A DNA stretch of 64,000 nt, from the NCBI GenBank assembly GCA_900768185.1, contig CAAGCB010000029.1, positions 74,575 to 138,574 of the forward strand, read 5' to 3'. Below the pieces are notes generated by a model, which did no database searches, was not told where the DNA came from, and was given only the letters and a program-made list of their open reading frames with translations. This DNA comes from Alphaproteobacteria bacterium (GTDB lineage Bacteria > Pseudomonadota > Alphaproteobacteria > CAAGCB01 > CAG-977). Of this stretch, positions 26,986 to 37,599 are shown one piece after another. Both the position numbers and the translations under genes were made by a program. Within the stretch, counting starts at the first letter, position 1. Each line of letters starts with the position of its first letter.

Positions 26986-27027
26986 AATCCATAAAGAGGC
27001 GATTTTTTCGCCGGAAGGAGTTTTTTT

Positions 27028-27801
27028 ATGCGAACGGTTTTTCTTTTTATGATTTTGCCCGCGCTGGCTTCGTGCGTTTTCGTTCCCGAAGAGGTTTTCC
27101 TGTCCAAAGGATTGAATGAAATGCACACGCCCGCGCGTTCTTATTCGATTCAGCCGCCGCCTCCCGACCGCATTTTCGCGGGAACGGAAACCGTGTACAG
27201 AAACAATTACGTCTTGAACGAAACCGCGTCGGTCAAGGTCGGCGACATTCTGTTGCGCGAACAGGCTTTCCGCAAAGACAAAACGATTCTGAGCGAAATG
27301 ACGCTGGATCGCGACGTCGTGTTTAAAATCGGAACAGATGAAATCAAACTGCCCGCCAAGCGATACAAAATCTACGGCACCTTTGAAATGGGCGGGGAAA
27401 AGTATTACGTTCTGCCCAAAGTCGGACATTACTATTTTCTGGCGGATATGAACGGCTTTTTGCAGACGCGCTATTTGTACGATATCAAAAACAGCAAACG
27501 CGTGACGATTTTTCCCGACAAAGCCGCCTATTCGCCCGTGTCGGCGAAGCTGAAGCGCGCGACGCGCGAACAGACGGCGACGTTGCCGTTCAGCGATTTC
27601 GAAGTGATCTACGACGGTATCAAAAACAATCAGATCGTGTTGTTCTACAAGGATTCCGTTCCCGGAACGAACGGCGGAACGGGCAGTTTCGACACGCTGT
27701 CTTTTCCCGCCGACGCGACGATGATTTCCGTCGCGGGACGCCTGATTCGCATCATTCGCGCGGACAGAGAGCAGATCACCTATATCGTCGTCAAAGAATA
27801 A
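27028..27801 (+). CDS. Hypothetical lipoprotein
   Basis: Signal and lipobox [16 protein letters not shown]. No recognised domain. Confidence 0.5.
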   Translation: MRTVFLFMILPALASCVFVPEEVFLSKGLNEMHTPARSYSIQPPPPDRIFAGTETVYRNNYVLNETASVKVGDILLREQAFRKDKTILSEMTLDRDVVFKIGTDEIKLPAKRYKIYGTFEMGGEKYYVLPKVGHYYFLADMNGFLQTRYLYDIKNSKRVTIFPDKAAYSPVSAKLKRATREQTATLPFSDFEVIYDGIKNNQIVLFYKDSVPGTNGGTGSFDTLSFPADATMISVAGRLIRIIRADREQITYIVVKE

Positions 27802-27818
27802 CCCGCTTTCGGGCGCGG

Positions 27819-27853
27819 GGCGGCGTCGATTCCGTTGACGCCGCCTTTGTGCT
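27819..27853 (+). terminator. Rho-independent terminator
   Basis: GGCGGCGTC-gattccgtt-GACGCCGCC followed by TTTGTGCTT. Confidence 0.5.
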
Positions 27854-27959
27854 TAAAAATAAAAGAATAAACAACAACTTGCGGAAAAAAGACGTTGACG
27901 CGCCCGAAACGAATCGGGCAAACTGTTTATGTGTTTGAATATAAACGGGGAAAACGACG

Positions 27960-29516
27960 ATGAAGCTGGAAATTTTAATGGCTCTGGGCGGGCTGTTGTT
28001 GTTAATGTGTGTGTTTGCCAACCGTATTTCCAGTAAATTGGGGATTCCGTCTTTGCTGGTTTTTCTGGCGGTCGGCATGATTGCGGGATCCGACGGCGCG
28101 GGGATTCAATTTTATTCCGCGGAATTAAGCAATTACATCGGGTCGTTCGCTTTGGCGTTCATTTTGTTTTCGGGCGGACTGGAATCGAACTGGTCGTCTA
28201 TCAAAAGCGTCTTGGGACGCGGCACTTTGCTGGCGACGGCGGGGGTGGCTTTGACGGCTCTGTTTATGTTTCTGCTGTCTTATTATGTTTTGGAAATGTC
28301 GTTCGCAATCGCTTTGCTGCTCAGCGTCATTCTGTCGTCGACGGACGCGCCCGCCGTGTTCAATATCCTCAGGACGAACGGGCTTTATCTGAACAATCCG
28401 AAATTAAAGTCGGTTCTGGAATACGAATCGGGGTCGAACGATCCGATGGCGGTGATTCTGTCCGTCGGGGCGATCGCCTATCTGACGGCGGGGGACGGTT
28501 TTTCGGTGTCGAAACTGTCTGTGATGCTGGTGCTGCAAATGGGGTTGGGAACGTTGCTGGGGTACGGTCTGGGCGTGCTCGCTTTGGCGTTTTTGAAAAA
28601 GTTTTCTTTTGTGTATCAAGGACTTTACCCCGTTTTCGGCGTCAGTATCGTGTGCTTGATCTTTTCGTTGACGCAGCTGATCGGGGGAAGCGGGTATCTG
28701 GCGCTGTATATTGCGGGCATTGTTTTGGGCAACGCGTCGTATCCCTATAAAAACCCGTTCATTCAGTTTCAATCCGCGCTGTCGTGGGTGATGCAGATTT
28801 TGATGTTCCTGACGTTGGGATTGTTTGTGAACCCCAAGGAATTGGGGGGATTGTTCGGAACGGCTTTAAGCGCGACGGTCTGTCTGATCATGGTGGCGCG
28901 CCCGCTGGCGGTGTTCGCTTGTCTGGCGAAAAGCGACTATACCCGCAGCGAAAAGCTGTTTATCAGCTGGGCGGGGTTGAAAGGCGCCGTGCCGATTATT
29001 TTGGCGACGTATCCGTTAATGAACCATATCGAAGGCGCGCGGGAACTGTTCAATGTGATTTTCTTTTTGGTTATCGTGTCCGTTTTGCTGCAAGGTCAGA
29101 CGCTGGCTTCTCTGGCGCGTTTTTTGAATCTCAGTCACGAAACGCCGACACCCGAGGAATTGCGCGAGATGGGCGAGCCGATCGGCAGACCGTCGGGAGA
29201 AGGGGAACCGCGAATCTTCATTTCCGTCAAATCGACCGTTTCGCGCTTGGTCATGGAAATCATCAGGGTACTGTTCGTTCATGTCGACTGGCGGATTCAC
29301 GATGAAAGCGCGGAAACGGACATGTCCGACGGACGCCGTCGCTGGAATCGGATAAAACGCCGCGGATACGCGATGCTGGAACGGATCCACGCCTATTGCG
29401 CCGAAACGGATAAAGCCGAAGCCCAACGCAAAGCCGACGAGGAAGTCGAACGCAAAAAATCCGACGGCAAGCCGATGTTTGTCCGCTTGCGCCATTTGGA
29501 TCGCGACCGCAAATAA
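27960..29516 (+). CDS. nhaP2: K+/H+ (Na+/H+) antiporter, CPA1 NhaP2/CvrA family
   Basis: N-terminus ILMALGGLLLLMCVFANRISSKLGIPSLLVFLAVGMIAGSDG. About 12 TM helices plus a C-terminal regulatory domain. Confidence 0.8.
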   Translation: MKLEILMALGGLLLLMCVFANRISSKLGIPSLLVFLAVGMIAGSDGAGIQFYSAELSNYIGSFALAFILFSGGLESNWSSIKSVLGRGTLLATAGVALTALFMFLLSYYVLEMSFAIALLLSVILSSTDAPAVFNILRTNGLYLNNPKLKSVLEYESGSNDPMAVILSVGAIAYLTAGDGFSVSKLSVMLVLQMGLGTLLGYGLGVLALAFLKKFSFVYQGLYPVFGVSIVCLIFSLTQLIGGSGYLALYIAGIVLGNASYPYKNPFIQFQSALSWVMQILMFLTLGLFVNPKELGGLFGTALSATVCLIMVARPLAVFACLAKSDYTRSEKLFISWAGLKGAVPIILATYPLMNHIEGARELFNVIFFLVIVSVLLQGQTLASLARFLNLSHETPTPEELREMGEPIGRPSGEGEPRIFISVKSTVSRLVMEIIRVLFVHVDWRIHDESAETDMSDGRRRWNRIKRRGYAMLERIHAYCAETDKAEAQRKADEEVERKKSDGKPMFVRLRHLDRDRK

Positions 29517-29594
29517 AAATAAAAGGGCGGTTCGGGTTGACGCGGCGTTCCGTTCGGCGTAAGAACGGCTTGTCATAATTTTACGGAGCTTGAA

Positions 29595-30416
29595 ATGTCG
29601 GAATGCAATCACGATTGCGCGTCCTGCCATGCGAAATGCGGCGAACGCAGGGAAATTCAAAAGGATGCGCCGAAGCCGTCCTCTAAAATTAAAAAAGTGA
29701 TCGGAGTCGTCAGCGGCAAAGGCGGCGTCGGCAAGTCGTCCGTCGCGTCCATGCTGGCGGTGGAGATGAACCGTCGCGGACACAAAACGGCGATTCTGGA
29801 CGCCGACATCACGGGACCGTCCATACCCCGCGCGTTCGGCGTGACGCAAAAGGCTTTCGGCGGTAAAGACGGCATTTTTCCCGCGGAAACGGACGGCGGC
29901 ATCGAAATCATGTCGATCAATATGCTGTTGGAACACGACGACGATCCCGTTTTGTGGCGCGGAGCCGTCATCAGTGGAACGGTGCGTCAGTTTTGGACGG
30001 ACGTTTTATGGGGCGATGTCGATATGATGTTCGTCGATATGCCGCCCGGAACGGGGGACGTGCCGCTGACGGTTTTCCAGTCTTTGCCTGTTGACGGCAT
30101 TATTGTTGTGACTTCGCCGCAGGAACTGGTGTCGATGATTGTCGGCAAAGCGGTTAAAATGGCGCAGATGATGAACATTCCCGTGATCGGTCTGGTCGAA
30201 AACATGTCGTATTTCAAATGTCCGGATTGCGGCGGGGAATTTGAAATTTTCGGCAAATCGCATTTAAAGAAAACGGCGGTTGAATACGGTATCGAACACA
30301 CGGCTCGTCTGCCGATCGATCCCGCCGTCGCGGCGTTGTGCGACGCCGGTAAAATCGAAGAAGCCGACACGACGGCAATCGCTTCGATGGTCGACGTTTT
30401 GGAAAAAATGATCTGA
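29595..30416 (+). CDS. apbC: Fe-S cluster carrier ATPase ApbC/Mrp (NBP35 family)
   Basis: N-terminal Cys cluster CNHDCASCHAKC, P-loop GKGGVGKSS, and CPDCG motif. Confidence 0.8.
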   Translation: MSECNHDCASCHAKCGERREIQKDAPKPSSKIKKVIGVVSGKGGVGKSSVASMLAVEMNRRGHKTAILDADITGPSIPRAFGVTQKAFGGKDGIFPAETDGGIEIMSINMLLEHDDDPVLWRGAVISGTVRQFWTDVLWGDVDMMFVDMPPGTGDVPLTVFQSLPVDGIIVVTSPQELVSMIVGKAVKMAQMMNIPVIGLVENMSYFKCPDCGGEFEIFGKSHLKKTAVEYGIEHTARLPIDPAVAALCDAGKIEEADTTAIASMVDVLEKMI

Positions 30417-30489
30417 TCGTTTTTCAATTCGAAAACAACACAGCCCGTCGAATGGAAATCGGCGGGCTGTCGCGTTTGTCGAATCTTCG

Positions 30490-33171
30490 TCAATCCGACA
30501 GGGATTTCGACACCAGTTCAAAGACGTTTTTGCTCAGTCCCTTTTTCGCCAGAACTTTTTGCAAAGCGGCTTTCATCATTTCCTGCCGTTTCGCGTCAAA
30601 CCGTTTCCAGCGCATCATCGGACGCACCATGTGGCACGCCATTTGCGGGTTGAATTCGTCAACCTTGATTGCCATTTCGGCGGCAAGAGCGTATCCCGAT
30701 CCGTCCGCTTTGTGAAATTCCGGCTGGTTGTAGGCGAAACCGCCCATCAGCGAACGCAGTTTGTTCGGGTTTTTGATGTTGAAAGCGGGGTGTTCCATCA
30801 GTTTTCTGACAACCGAAACCGCGTCGGGGCGGTCGGCGCAGGCGCAGGAAAACAGCCATTTGTTGATGACGCCGTCGTCGTGTTTGTAATGCTGATAGAA
30901 ATCCTCCATGATTTCGTCGCGCTTCGGGTCTTTGGAATTGGAACAGATGTTCATCGCCGCCAGTTTATCGGACATGTTGTCGGCGTCGAAATACTGCTTT
31001 TGCACCATTTGGTCGATTTCTTCGATTTCCAGATTGCCGAGGAACGACAAAGCCATGTTTTTCAGCGACCGTTTCGCCGCGTCCGTCGTTGTGAAGCGGT
31101 ATGGTTCGCCGCCGGTGTCGTTTTCGCGGTACACCGTCAGCAGTTCCTGTTTGTAGTGCGTCGCCAGCGTTTTTTTGATTTGAGCGCGCACAACGTGAAT
31201 CGCGTCGACATCGACGATGTCCATCTTTTCCGCCATGTAGTTTTCTTGCGGCAGGGTGATCAGACGCGCGATATAGGCGGGATTTTCCGTCTTGTTGGTC
31301 AGGTATTCGCCCCACAGCGCAATATATTCGGGAGCCAAAGCGGGTTCTTTTTCGCCGTTTTGAAACTCTTTGATCATCTGCAGCATCAGTTTGATCGCGT
31401 ATTGCTGCGACGCGTCCCAGCGGTTGAACAGGTCTGAATCGAACCGCGCCTGATGAATCCGCTGTTCGTCGGTGTAATTCATCTGAAAATTGATCGGTGC
31501 GGTAAAGTCGCGGTTGGCGGACAGGACGGGGGCTTCGGCGACATCAACGAACGTGAACGTCTGTTCGGGTTCGCGCAAAACGATGATGCGCGACGTTCCC
31601 GCCGCTTTTTCCTCGCCCTCCGACCGCAAAGGCATGTCCTTGCCGTCCGCGCCGATCAAGCCGATTCCCAGCGGAATCACGAACGGCAGTTTTTCGGGCT
31701 GGTTCGGCGTGGGCTTTGTTTCCTGTTTCAGCGTCAGGACGTATTTTTTCGCCGCCGCGTCATAGGTCGCGGACGCCGTTACGGTCGGCGTTCCCGCCTG
31801 CGAATACCAGCGTTTGAACTGCGTCAGATCGGCGTGGTTGGCGTCTTCCTGACATTTGGCGAAATCGTCGATCGTCACCGCCTGTCCGTCGTGGCGCGTA
31901 AAGTACAGCGCGCAGCCTTTCAGGAAATTTTCCTTGCCGAACAGCTTTTCGTACATGCGAATGACCTCCGCGCCCTTGTCGTAGACGGTCGCGGTGTAGT
32001 AGTTGTTGATTTCCAGATAGGCTTCGGGACGAACCGGATGCGCCAAGGGACCGGCGTCTTCGGGGAACTGGCGGGTGCGCAGATCAAACACGTCGTTGAT
32101 GCGGTTCAGGGAACGGTTGTGCATGTCGCGCGAAAATTCCTGATCGCGATAGACGGTGAAGCCTTCTTTTAAAGACAGGTTGAACCAGTCGCGCGCGGTC
32201 ACGCGGTCGCCCGACCAGTTGTGGAAATATTCGTGGGCGATGACGCCTTCGACATGGGCGAAATCGATGTCCGTGCCGACGTCTTTGTTCACCAGCGCGC
32301 AGGACGTGTTAAAGATGTTCAGCCCCTTGTTTTCCATCGCGCCCATGTTGAAATAGGACACGGCGACGATGTTGAACAGATCGAGGTCGTATTCCAGTCC
32401 GAACACGTCTTCGTCCCATTTCATCGCGCGCTTTAACGATTCCAACGCGAAAGACGCCTGATTTTCATAACCGTGTTCGACGTAAATGCCCAGCTTGACG
32501 TCGCGTCCCGATTTCGTTTTATAGGTGTCGTGCAGGGACGCCAGATCTCCGCCGACAACGGCGAACAGATAGCTCGGTTTTTTAAAAGGATCGCGCCAGA
32601 CGACCTTGTGGCGTCCGTCGGGCAGATCCGCCGTTTCGATCGGATTTCCGTTCGACAGCAGAACGGGGTATTTTTTCTTGTCCGCGATCAGGGTCGTGGT
32701 GAAGCTGCTCATCACGTCGGGGTGGTCGGGATAATAGGTGATGCAGCGGAAACCTTCGGGTTCGTTCTGTGTGCAGAGCGTGCCGTTGGAATAGTACAAC
32801 CCTTCCAGCCATGTGTTGGCTTTGGGGTGGATTTCCGTGCCGATTCGCAACGTGAATTTTTCGGGAGGATTGAAAATAATCAGCGATTTGGGCGTGACTT
32901 CGTATTCGTCGGGGGCAAGGTCGCGTCCGTCCATTTCAATATATTTGAACGTCAGACGGTTGCCGTCCAGAACCAACGGGCGCACCCCCGTCGAACGGTC
33001 GTAATCGCTGACGACGCGCAGGGTCGAATCCACTTGCGTGTCGTCTTCGTCCAGATCGAAAATCAAATCGATCGAATCGATTTTAAAATCGGGTTTTTTG
33101 TAATCTTTCAGATATTTCATCTGCGGCTTTTGCGCCGTGCCGTTTTCAAACATGCGTATCCTCTTTGCCAA
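30490..33171 (-). CDS. pepN: Aminopeptidase N (M1 family)
   Basis: GAMENKGLNIFN and HEYFHNWSGDRVT...E zinc motif. 893 aa. Confidence 0.9.
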   Translation of the reverse strand: MAKRIRMFENGTAQKPQMKYLKDYKKPDFKIDSIDLIFDLDEDDTQVDSTLRVVSDYDRSTGVRPLVLDGNRLTFKYIEMDGRDLAPDEYEVTPKSLIIFNPPEKFTLRIGTEIHPKANTWLEGLYYSNGTLCTQNEPEGFRCITYYPDHPDVMSSFTTTLIADKKKYPVLLSNGNPIETADLPDGRHKVVWRDPFKKPSYLFAVVGGDLASLHDTYKTKSGRDVKLGIYVEHGYENQASFALESLKRAMKWDEDVFGLEYDLDLFNIVAVSYFNMGAMENKGLNIFNTSCALVNKDVGTDIDFAHVEGVIAHEYFHNWSGDRVTARDWFNLSLKEGFTVYRDQEFSRDMHNRSLNRINDVFDLRTRQFPEDAGPLAHPVRPEAYLEINNYYTATVYDKGAEVIRMYEKLFGKENFLKGCALYFTRHDGQAVTIDDFAKCQEDANHADLTQFKRWYSQAGTPTVTASATYDAAAKKYVLTLKQETKPTPNQPEKLPFVIPLGIGLIGADGKDMPLRSEGEEKAAGTSRIIVLREPEQTFTFVDVAEAPVLSANRDFTAPINFQMNYTDEQRIHQARFDSDLFNRWDASQQYAIKLMLQMIKEFQNGEKEPALAPEYIALWGEYLTNKTENPAYIARLITLPQENYMAEKMDIVDVDAIHVVRAQIKKTLATHYKQELLTVYRENDTGGEPYRFTTTDAAKRSLKNMALSFLGNLEIEEIDQMVQKQYFDADNMSDKLAAMNICSNSKDPKRDEIMEDFYQHYKHDDGVINKWLFSCACADRPDAVSVVRKLMEHPAFNIKNPNKLRSLMGGFAYNQPEFHKADGSGYALAAEMAIKVDEFNPQMACHMVRPMMRWKRFDAKRQEMMKAALQKVLAKKGLSKNVFELVSKSLSD

Positions 33172-33226
33172 GTTTTTTTCTTAATTACTTAGCCTATTTT
33201 CCGGTTAAATCAAGGGAAATAAAAGT

Positions 33227-33856
33227 TTATTTCAAGCGCACCGTTCGGCTGACGTAAGGTTCCGCGCCGTATCGGTTGTTTCCGAAGCTGCCCTTTGCCA
33301 GACACAGATACAGGCAGAACAGCGCCGACAGGCACAAAAGCGCGATGAACGCCCAAACGCCGGCGGCGGGCACGCCCTTTAACACGCCCGAATAGACCAG
33401 CGTCAGAAACAGCGTCTGGCATAGCGTGAACACCAGCCAAAAGGCGGAACCGTCGGAATCGTGGAAACGCTTGATCAAAACGGCGCAAAAAACGTAAAAC
33501 GACAAAACGCCGCCCGTAATCGACAGCGTCGCCGATCCCGCCAGCGTCGCGCACAAGACGGGCAGGGGCAGAATCAACGCCGCCGAAGCCAGAAAAATGA
33601 TCAGCTGATCGCGCGATATCCGTCCGCGCGGGGAAAACAAAAACCAGAACAGCCAGTCAAGCTTGGCTTTAATCGGGGTGGACAATATGTACACGTCGAC
33701 GCACGCGTCGTTTTCGATTTCGAAATCGACCAGCGCGCCTTCCAGCGGAACGCCCGCGCGGCAAGCCGACATGGCGAACGCGCGTCGCGTGCCGTCGTCC
33801 CCGCGAATCAATCCCGAATCCGATTTCAAATCCACGTTTAAAACAATGCCCCGCAT
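33227..33856 (-). CDS. DUF805-family inner-membrane protein with about 60-aa N-terminal soluble extension
   Basis: Trimmed to the ATG at 33856 (MRGIVLNVDLKSDSGLIRGDDG...). The DUF805-like core has RISRDQLIIFLA...KRFHDSDGSAFW...GNNRYG. Confidence 0.55.
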   Translation of the reverse strand: MRGIVLNVDLKSDSGLIRGDDGTRRAFAMSACRAGVPLEGALVDFEIENDACVDVYILSTPIKAKLDWLFWFLFSPRGRISRDQLIIFLASAALILPLPVLCATLAGSATLSITGGVLSFYVFCAVLIKRFHDSDGSAFWLVFTLCQTLFLTLVYSGVLKGVPAAGVWAFIALLCLSALFCLYLCLAKGSFGNNRYGAEPYVSRTVRLK

Positions 33857-33930
33857 GGTGTCCCCCGTAAAATAAAGTTGCTTTTTTCGTCGGATATGCC
33901 TTAGCTTTCTTTGAAAAGGCGATTTAATCA

Positions 33931-34935
33931 ATGACTCTAACCGAAAAACTTGCAAAATGGTATGAAAAAAACGGACGCGATTTGCCGTGGCGCGCAAAAG
34001 GCGGCGCCCACCCCGATCCTTATGCCGTCTGGGTATCCGAAATCATGCTGCAACAAACGACGGTGAAAACCGTTCTGCCGTATTTCGACCGCTTTATGAA
34101 GCGTTTTCCGACCGTGCGGGATTTGGCGGCGGCGGAAACGGACGAGGTGTTGCTGTACTGGCAGGGGCTGGGATACTACACGCGCGCCCGCAAGCTGCAC
34201 GAATGCGCCAAGGCGGTCGTTGAACATCATAACGGCAGGTTTCCCGCGGATCGCGGCGAATTAAAACGTCTGCCGGGAATCGGGGCGTACACGTCCGCGG
34301 CGATTGCGTCGTTCGGATTCAATCAGTCCGAAGCTGTCGTCGACGGCAATGTCGTTCGCGTGCTGACCCGATTGAACGGGTGGACGGATCCCGTTTCGCA
34401 AATCGCGGATAAAATCGAATCGTTCGCCGTCGATCTGACCCGCGCGTCCCGATGCCCCGCCGATCACGCTTCGGCGATGATGGATCTGGGGGCGACGGTT
34501 TGCGCGCCGCGCACGCCCTTGTGCGCTTTTTGCCCGTGGCGCGGCGATTGTCGGGCGTTCAAAGACGGCTCGGTCGACCGGATTCCGAATATCGCAAAGC
34601 TGAAAAAATCCGTTAAAAAAGGTTATGTGTTCTGGATCGAAAACGACGCTGACGAAGTTTTTATCCGCAAACGCGCGGAAAAGGGGTTGTTGTCGGGGCT
34701 GACGGAATTTCCGTGGAATACGGACGAAAGCCTGCCGTTTCCGGCGGATTGGGTCGTGACGGACAAAACGGTCAAACATGTTTTTACGCATTTCGACCTG
34801 ACGTTGACGATCGTCCGGACACGGGCGCGCGCCGTTCCCGATTCCGACGGCTTTTTCGTTTCGCCGTCGCGGTTCGGGGACTATCCGTTTTCGACGCTGA
34901 TGAAAAAAGTTATCGCCAAAGCAAAAAAAATCTGA
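33931..34935 (+). CDS. mutY: A/G-specific adenine DNA glycosylase MutY
   Basis: HhH-GPD (VSEIMLQQTTVKTVLPYFDRF), 4Fe-4S loop CAPRTPLCAFCPWRGDC, and a C-terminal NUDIX-like domain. Confidence 0.85.
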   Translation: MTLTEKLAKWYEKNGRDLPWRAKGGAHPDPYAVWVSEIMLQQTTVKTVLPYFDRFMKRFPTVRDLAAAETDEVLLYWQGLGYYTRARKLHECAKAVVEHHNGRFPADRGELKRLPGIGAYTSAAIASFGFNQSEAVVDGNVVRVLTRLNGWTDPVSQIADKIESFAVDLTRASRCPADHASAMMDLGATVCAPRTPLCAFCPWRGDCRAFKDGSVDRIPNIAKLKKSVKKGYVFWIENDADEVFIRKRAEKGLLSGLTEFPWNTDESLPFPADWVVTDKTVKHVFTHFDLTLTIVRTRARAVPDSDGFFVSPSRFGDYPFSTLMKKVIAKAKKI

Positions 34936-35014
34936 TGCTTGTAAAAAAAAAAGTTTGACGAGTCAATCTTTTTGGGGTATTCATATTTTATAAAGTTTGA
35001 AAAGGCAAACAATT

Positions 35015-35653
35015 ATGTCTGATAAATACGACTCTGTAGAAAGCGCGATAAAATTCATTGAAAACGCGTATGACCGCGGCGGGCGGTATCTGGTGGACGG
35101 GCGTCCGAGATACACCGCGCACGCCGTCAGAATGGAAGACGAAACGGGATTGACGGGCATCGCCGGACGCTACAAATTCGTCGGGGGAAAAGAGGCGGCT
35201 TTCGCCGAATACGACTATCGCAAACGGTTTTTGAAATATTCGACCGCCGCCGGCTTTATGAAGTCGGACGATCCGATCGCCAGACAGGCGGGGGAAACGT
35301 TCAAATCCGAAATGCCCGCCGCGCTGGACGAAATGAACCGCGAAATCGGCGAACTGGCGAAATTGAATCCCGAATTGAAGAATTTGAATTACAATAAAAA
35401 TCACGTTGTGGAAACGTACCGCGCGCTGATCGGCATCACGTCGCAGTACAATGTCGACGACATTAACGCCTATCTGCACAATTACCGCACGGGAAAAAAG
35501 AACTTTGACGTTTTGAACCGCGCCGAAAAAATCAGCAAGGCGACCGGAATCCGTTTCGGCTGGCAACCTGCGGCAAAAACGATGGACAAAATCGAACGGC
35601 AACTGGCGGCGCGTCAAATCGCGATGACGAAACGCGCCGAAGTTTCCAGATAA
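35015..35653 (+). CDS. Hypothetical protein (212 aa), no recognised domain
   Basis: The ATG at 35015 is preferred over the track's TTG at 34997. Protein-like composition, and a strong terminator follows. Confidence 0.45.
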   Translation: MSDKYDSVESAIKFIENAYDRGGRYLVDGRPRYTAHAVRMEDETGLTGIAGRYKFVGGKEAAFAEYDYRKRFLKYSTAAGFMKSDDPIARQAGETFKSEMPAALDEMNREIGELAKLNPELKNLNYNKNHVVETYRALIGITSQYNVDDINAYLHNYRTGKKNFDVLNRAEKISKATGIRFGWQPAAKTMDKIERQLAARQIAMTKRAEVSR

Positions 35654-35688
35654 AACGGCATTTAACTTCCTCCAAGAAGTATGACGAA

Positions 35689-35732
35689 GAAAAGACCGGA
35701 GGCGACGCTTTCCGGTCTTTTCTTTATTTTTT
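35689..35732. terminator. Bidirectional rho-independent terminator between the hypothetical gene and pepF
   Basis: GAAAAGACCGGA-ggcgacgctt-TCCGGTCTTTTC followed by TTTATTTTTT. Confidence 0.65.
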
Positions 35733-35738
35733 CGGAAT

Positions 35739-37571
35739 TTATCTGCCCGCGGATTTCGCCTGTTTCAGCAAAACGGGGGACGTTTTCGTCCTGTCCATGC
35801 CCAACGTTCCGGTCAGGAGCTCCAGCTTGTCGACGTAACCTTTCATCATGCCCAGTCCCTGTTTCCAAAAATCGGGTTTGGACGTGTCCAGTCCGAACGG
35901 TTCCAACAGCTTGGAATAATGCTCGGTCGAACCCTTTGACAGCATTTCCTTGTATTTTTTCGGGAAATCCTTGACTGCGCCGTCTTCGTACGTTTTGTAC
36001 AGCGACGCCGTCAGACATTCGCCGAACGCGTAGCCGTACACATAAAACGGCGTGCGCAGCAAATGCGGCACGTCAGCCCACGACGACGACGTGCGATCGT
36101 CGTTTTCGACGGCGGGTCCCAGCATGGCGCGCTGCGTTTTCGTCCAAATGCCGTTTAAATCCCGCGCGTCAACCTTTCCCAGTTTTCGCACGGCGTCGTG
36201 AACGTCCGTTTCGTAATGATGCAGGGCGACTTGCCGGAACGTCGTCAGCATGACGCGCGTCATCTTGTCGGACAGCAGGGCGAAACGCCGTTTCGGGTCG
36301 GTTTCGTTCTTCAGCATTTGGTTGAACGCCAGCGTTTCGCCGAAAATCGACGCGGTTTCTTCCATCGTGACGGGCATGTTCATTCCCAGAGAACCGTTTT
36401 TCTTCGCCAGTTCGTAATGAATGCCGTGTCCCAGTTCGTGCGCCAAAGCCAGAACGTCGTTCGTCGTACCGTTGAAATTCATTTTAATGCAGGCTTTGCC
36501 GTTCGCGACGGGTTGAGCGTATTCTCCGCCTTCTTTTCCCGCGCGGGGTTCGGCGTCGATGCGCTTTTCGTCAAAGAACGCCTGCGCGATGTCCCCCATT
36601 TCGGAATCGAAGCCGCGATAGGCGGACAGGACGATGTCTTTCGCTTCGTCAAAAGTGTAGCGGCGCGGTTCGACGCCGGCGACGGGCGCGTTTCTGTCCC
36701 AGTATCCGATTTTACCGCGTCCCAGCCATTTGGCTTTCAGCGCGTAGAAACGGTGCGCGACGTCGGGGGCGGAATCGTCGACGGACGAAACCAACGCGTC
36801 GACGACGCCGTTTTCGACGCCGTTTGATCTGTTGCGTTCCTCGACGGGGGATTTGAAACCGGACAGATCGTCGGAAACCTGCTTCGCGCGCGCGACGGTC
36901 GTTACGATTTTCGCGAAAACGTCGCCGCGGCTTTTATATCCGTCGTTCAGCGCCAGTCCCGCTTTCAGTCTGTCGCCGGCGTCGGCGGAATAGGACAGCG
37001 CGTACAGCGTGTCCGCCGTGACCCTTTCGCCGTTCAGTTCAAAGCCGATGCCGCCGCACGTTTTGTCGTACAGGCGCAAAGCCCGCCGCGCGTCGCCGTC
37101 CGCGCGATCCAGTTTTTTCGCCTGTGCGGCGGTCGGGGTCGGGCGTTTTTGCGCGCGCGCCCGTTCAATCCAAAAAGCGAAACGGCGGGCTTGCGGCGTC
37201 GTTGTCAGGCGGGACAGCTTTTCTTCGGGCATGTCGGCGATTTCGGATTCGAAAAATCCGATTTTGTCATAGATTTTTTGGGTCTTTTCGGTTGTCTTTT
37301 CGTAAAAGGCGGCGACATCGTCCGAATCCGTCGCGACGGAATAGCGCATGTAGGCGAACGCGTCGACCTTTTCGACGTCGGCGTTCAATCGGTCGTAATC
37401 AATCAGCATTTTTCCGAAATCGGCGGGCGTCATGTTCGCGATCCCGCCGCGTCCGCGCCGTTCGAAACGCTTCGCCCGCAATTCAGCCGCCGCCAAATCC
37501 GCGTCGATCGCCGGATCGTCGATCGATTTGTACAAAAAACTCAGATCCCAACGGGGAGGCGTCGCCGACAT
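35739..37571 (-). CDS. pepF: Oligoendopeptidase F (M3B)
   Basis: HELGHGIHYELA zinc motif. 610 aa. Confidence 0.85.
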   Translation of the reverse strand: MSATPPRWDLSFLYKSIDDPAIDADLAAAELRAKRFERRGRGGIANMTPADFGKMLIDYDRLNADVEKVDAFAYMRYSVATDSDDVAAFYEKTTEKTQKIYDKIGFFESEIADMPEEKLSRLTTTPQARRFAFWIERARAQKRPTPTAAQAKKLDRADGDARRALRLYDKTCGGIGFELNGERVTADTLYALSYSADAGDRLKAGLALNDGYKSRGDVFAKIVTTVARAKQVSDDLSGFKSPVEERNRSNGVENGVVDALVSSVDDSAPDVAHRFYALKAKWLGRGKIGYWDRNAPVAGVEPRRYTFDEAKDIVLSAYRGFDSEMGDIAQAFFDEKRIDAEPRAGKEGGEYAQPVANGKACIKMNFNGTTNDVLALAHELGHGIHYELAKKNGSLGMNMPVTMEETASIFGETLAFNQMLKNETDPKRRFALLSDKMTRVMLTTFRQVALHHYETDVHDAVRKLGKVDARDLNGIWTKTQRAMLGPAVENDDRTSSSWADVPHLLRTPFYVYGYAFGECLTASLYKTYEDGAVKDFPKKYKEMLSKGSTEHYSKLLEPFGLDTSKPDFWKQGLGMMKGYVDKLELLTGTLGMDRTKTSPVLLKQAKSAGR

Positions 37572-37599
37572 TCAAATCCCTTTCGGTAAAAGAAACGGG

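Noticed and set aside
34955-34966. TTGAC-GA-GTCAA palindrome with a GAGTC (GANTC) site upstream of gene 35015
   Set aside because: The arms are only 5 bp, so it is easily a chance occurrence. It is not reported as a feature.
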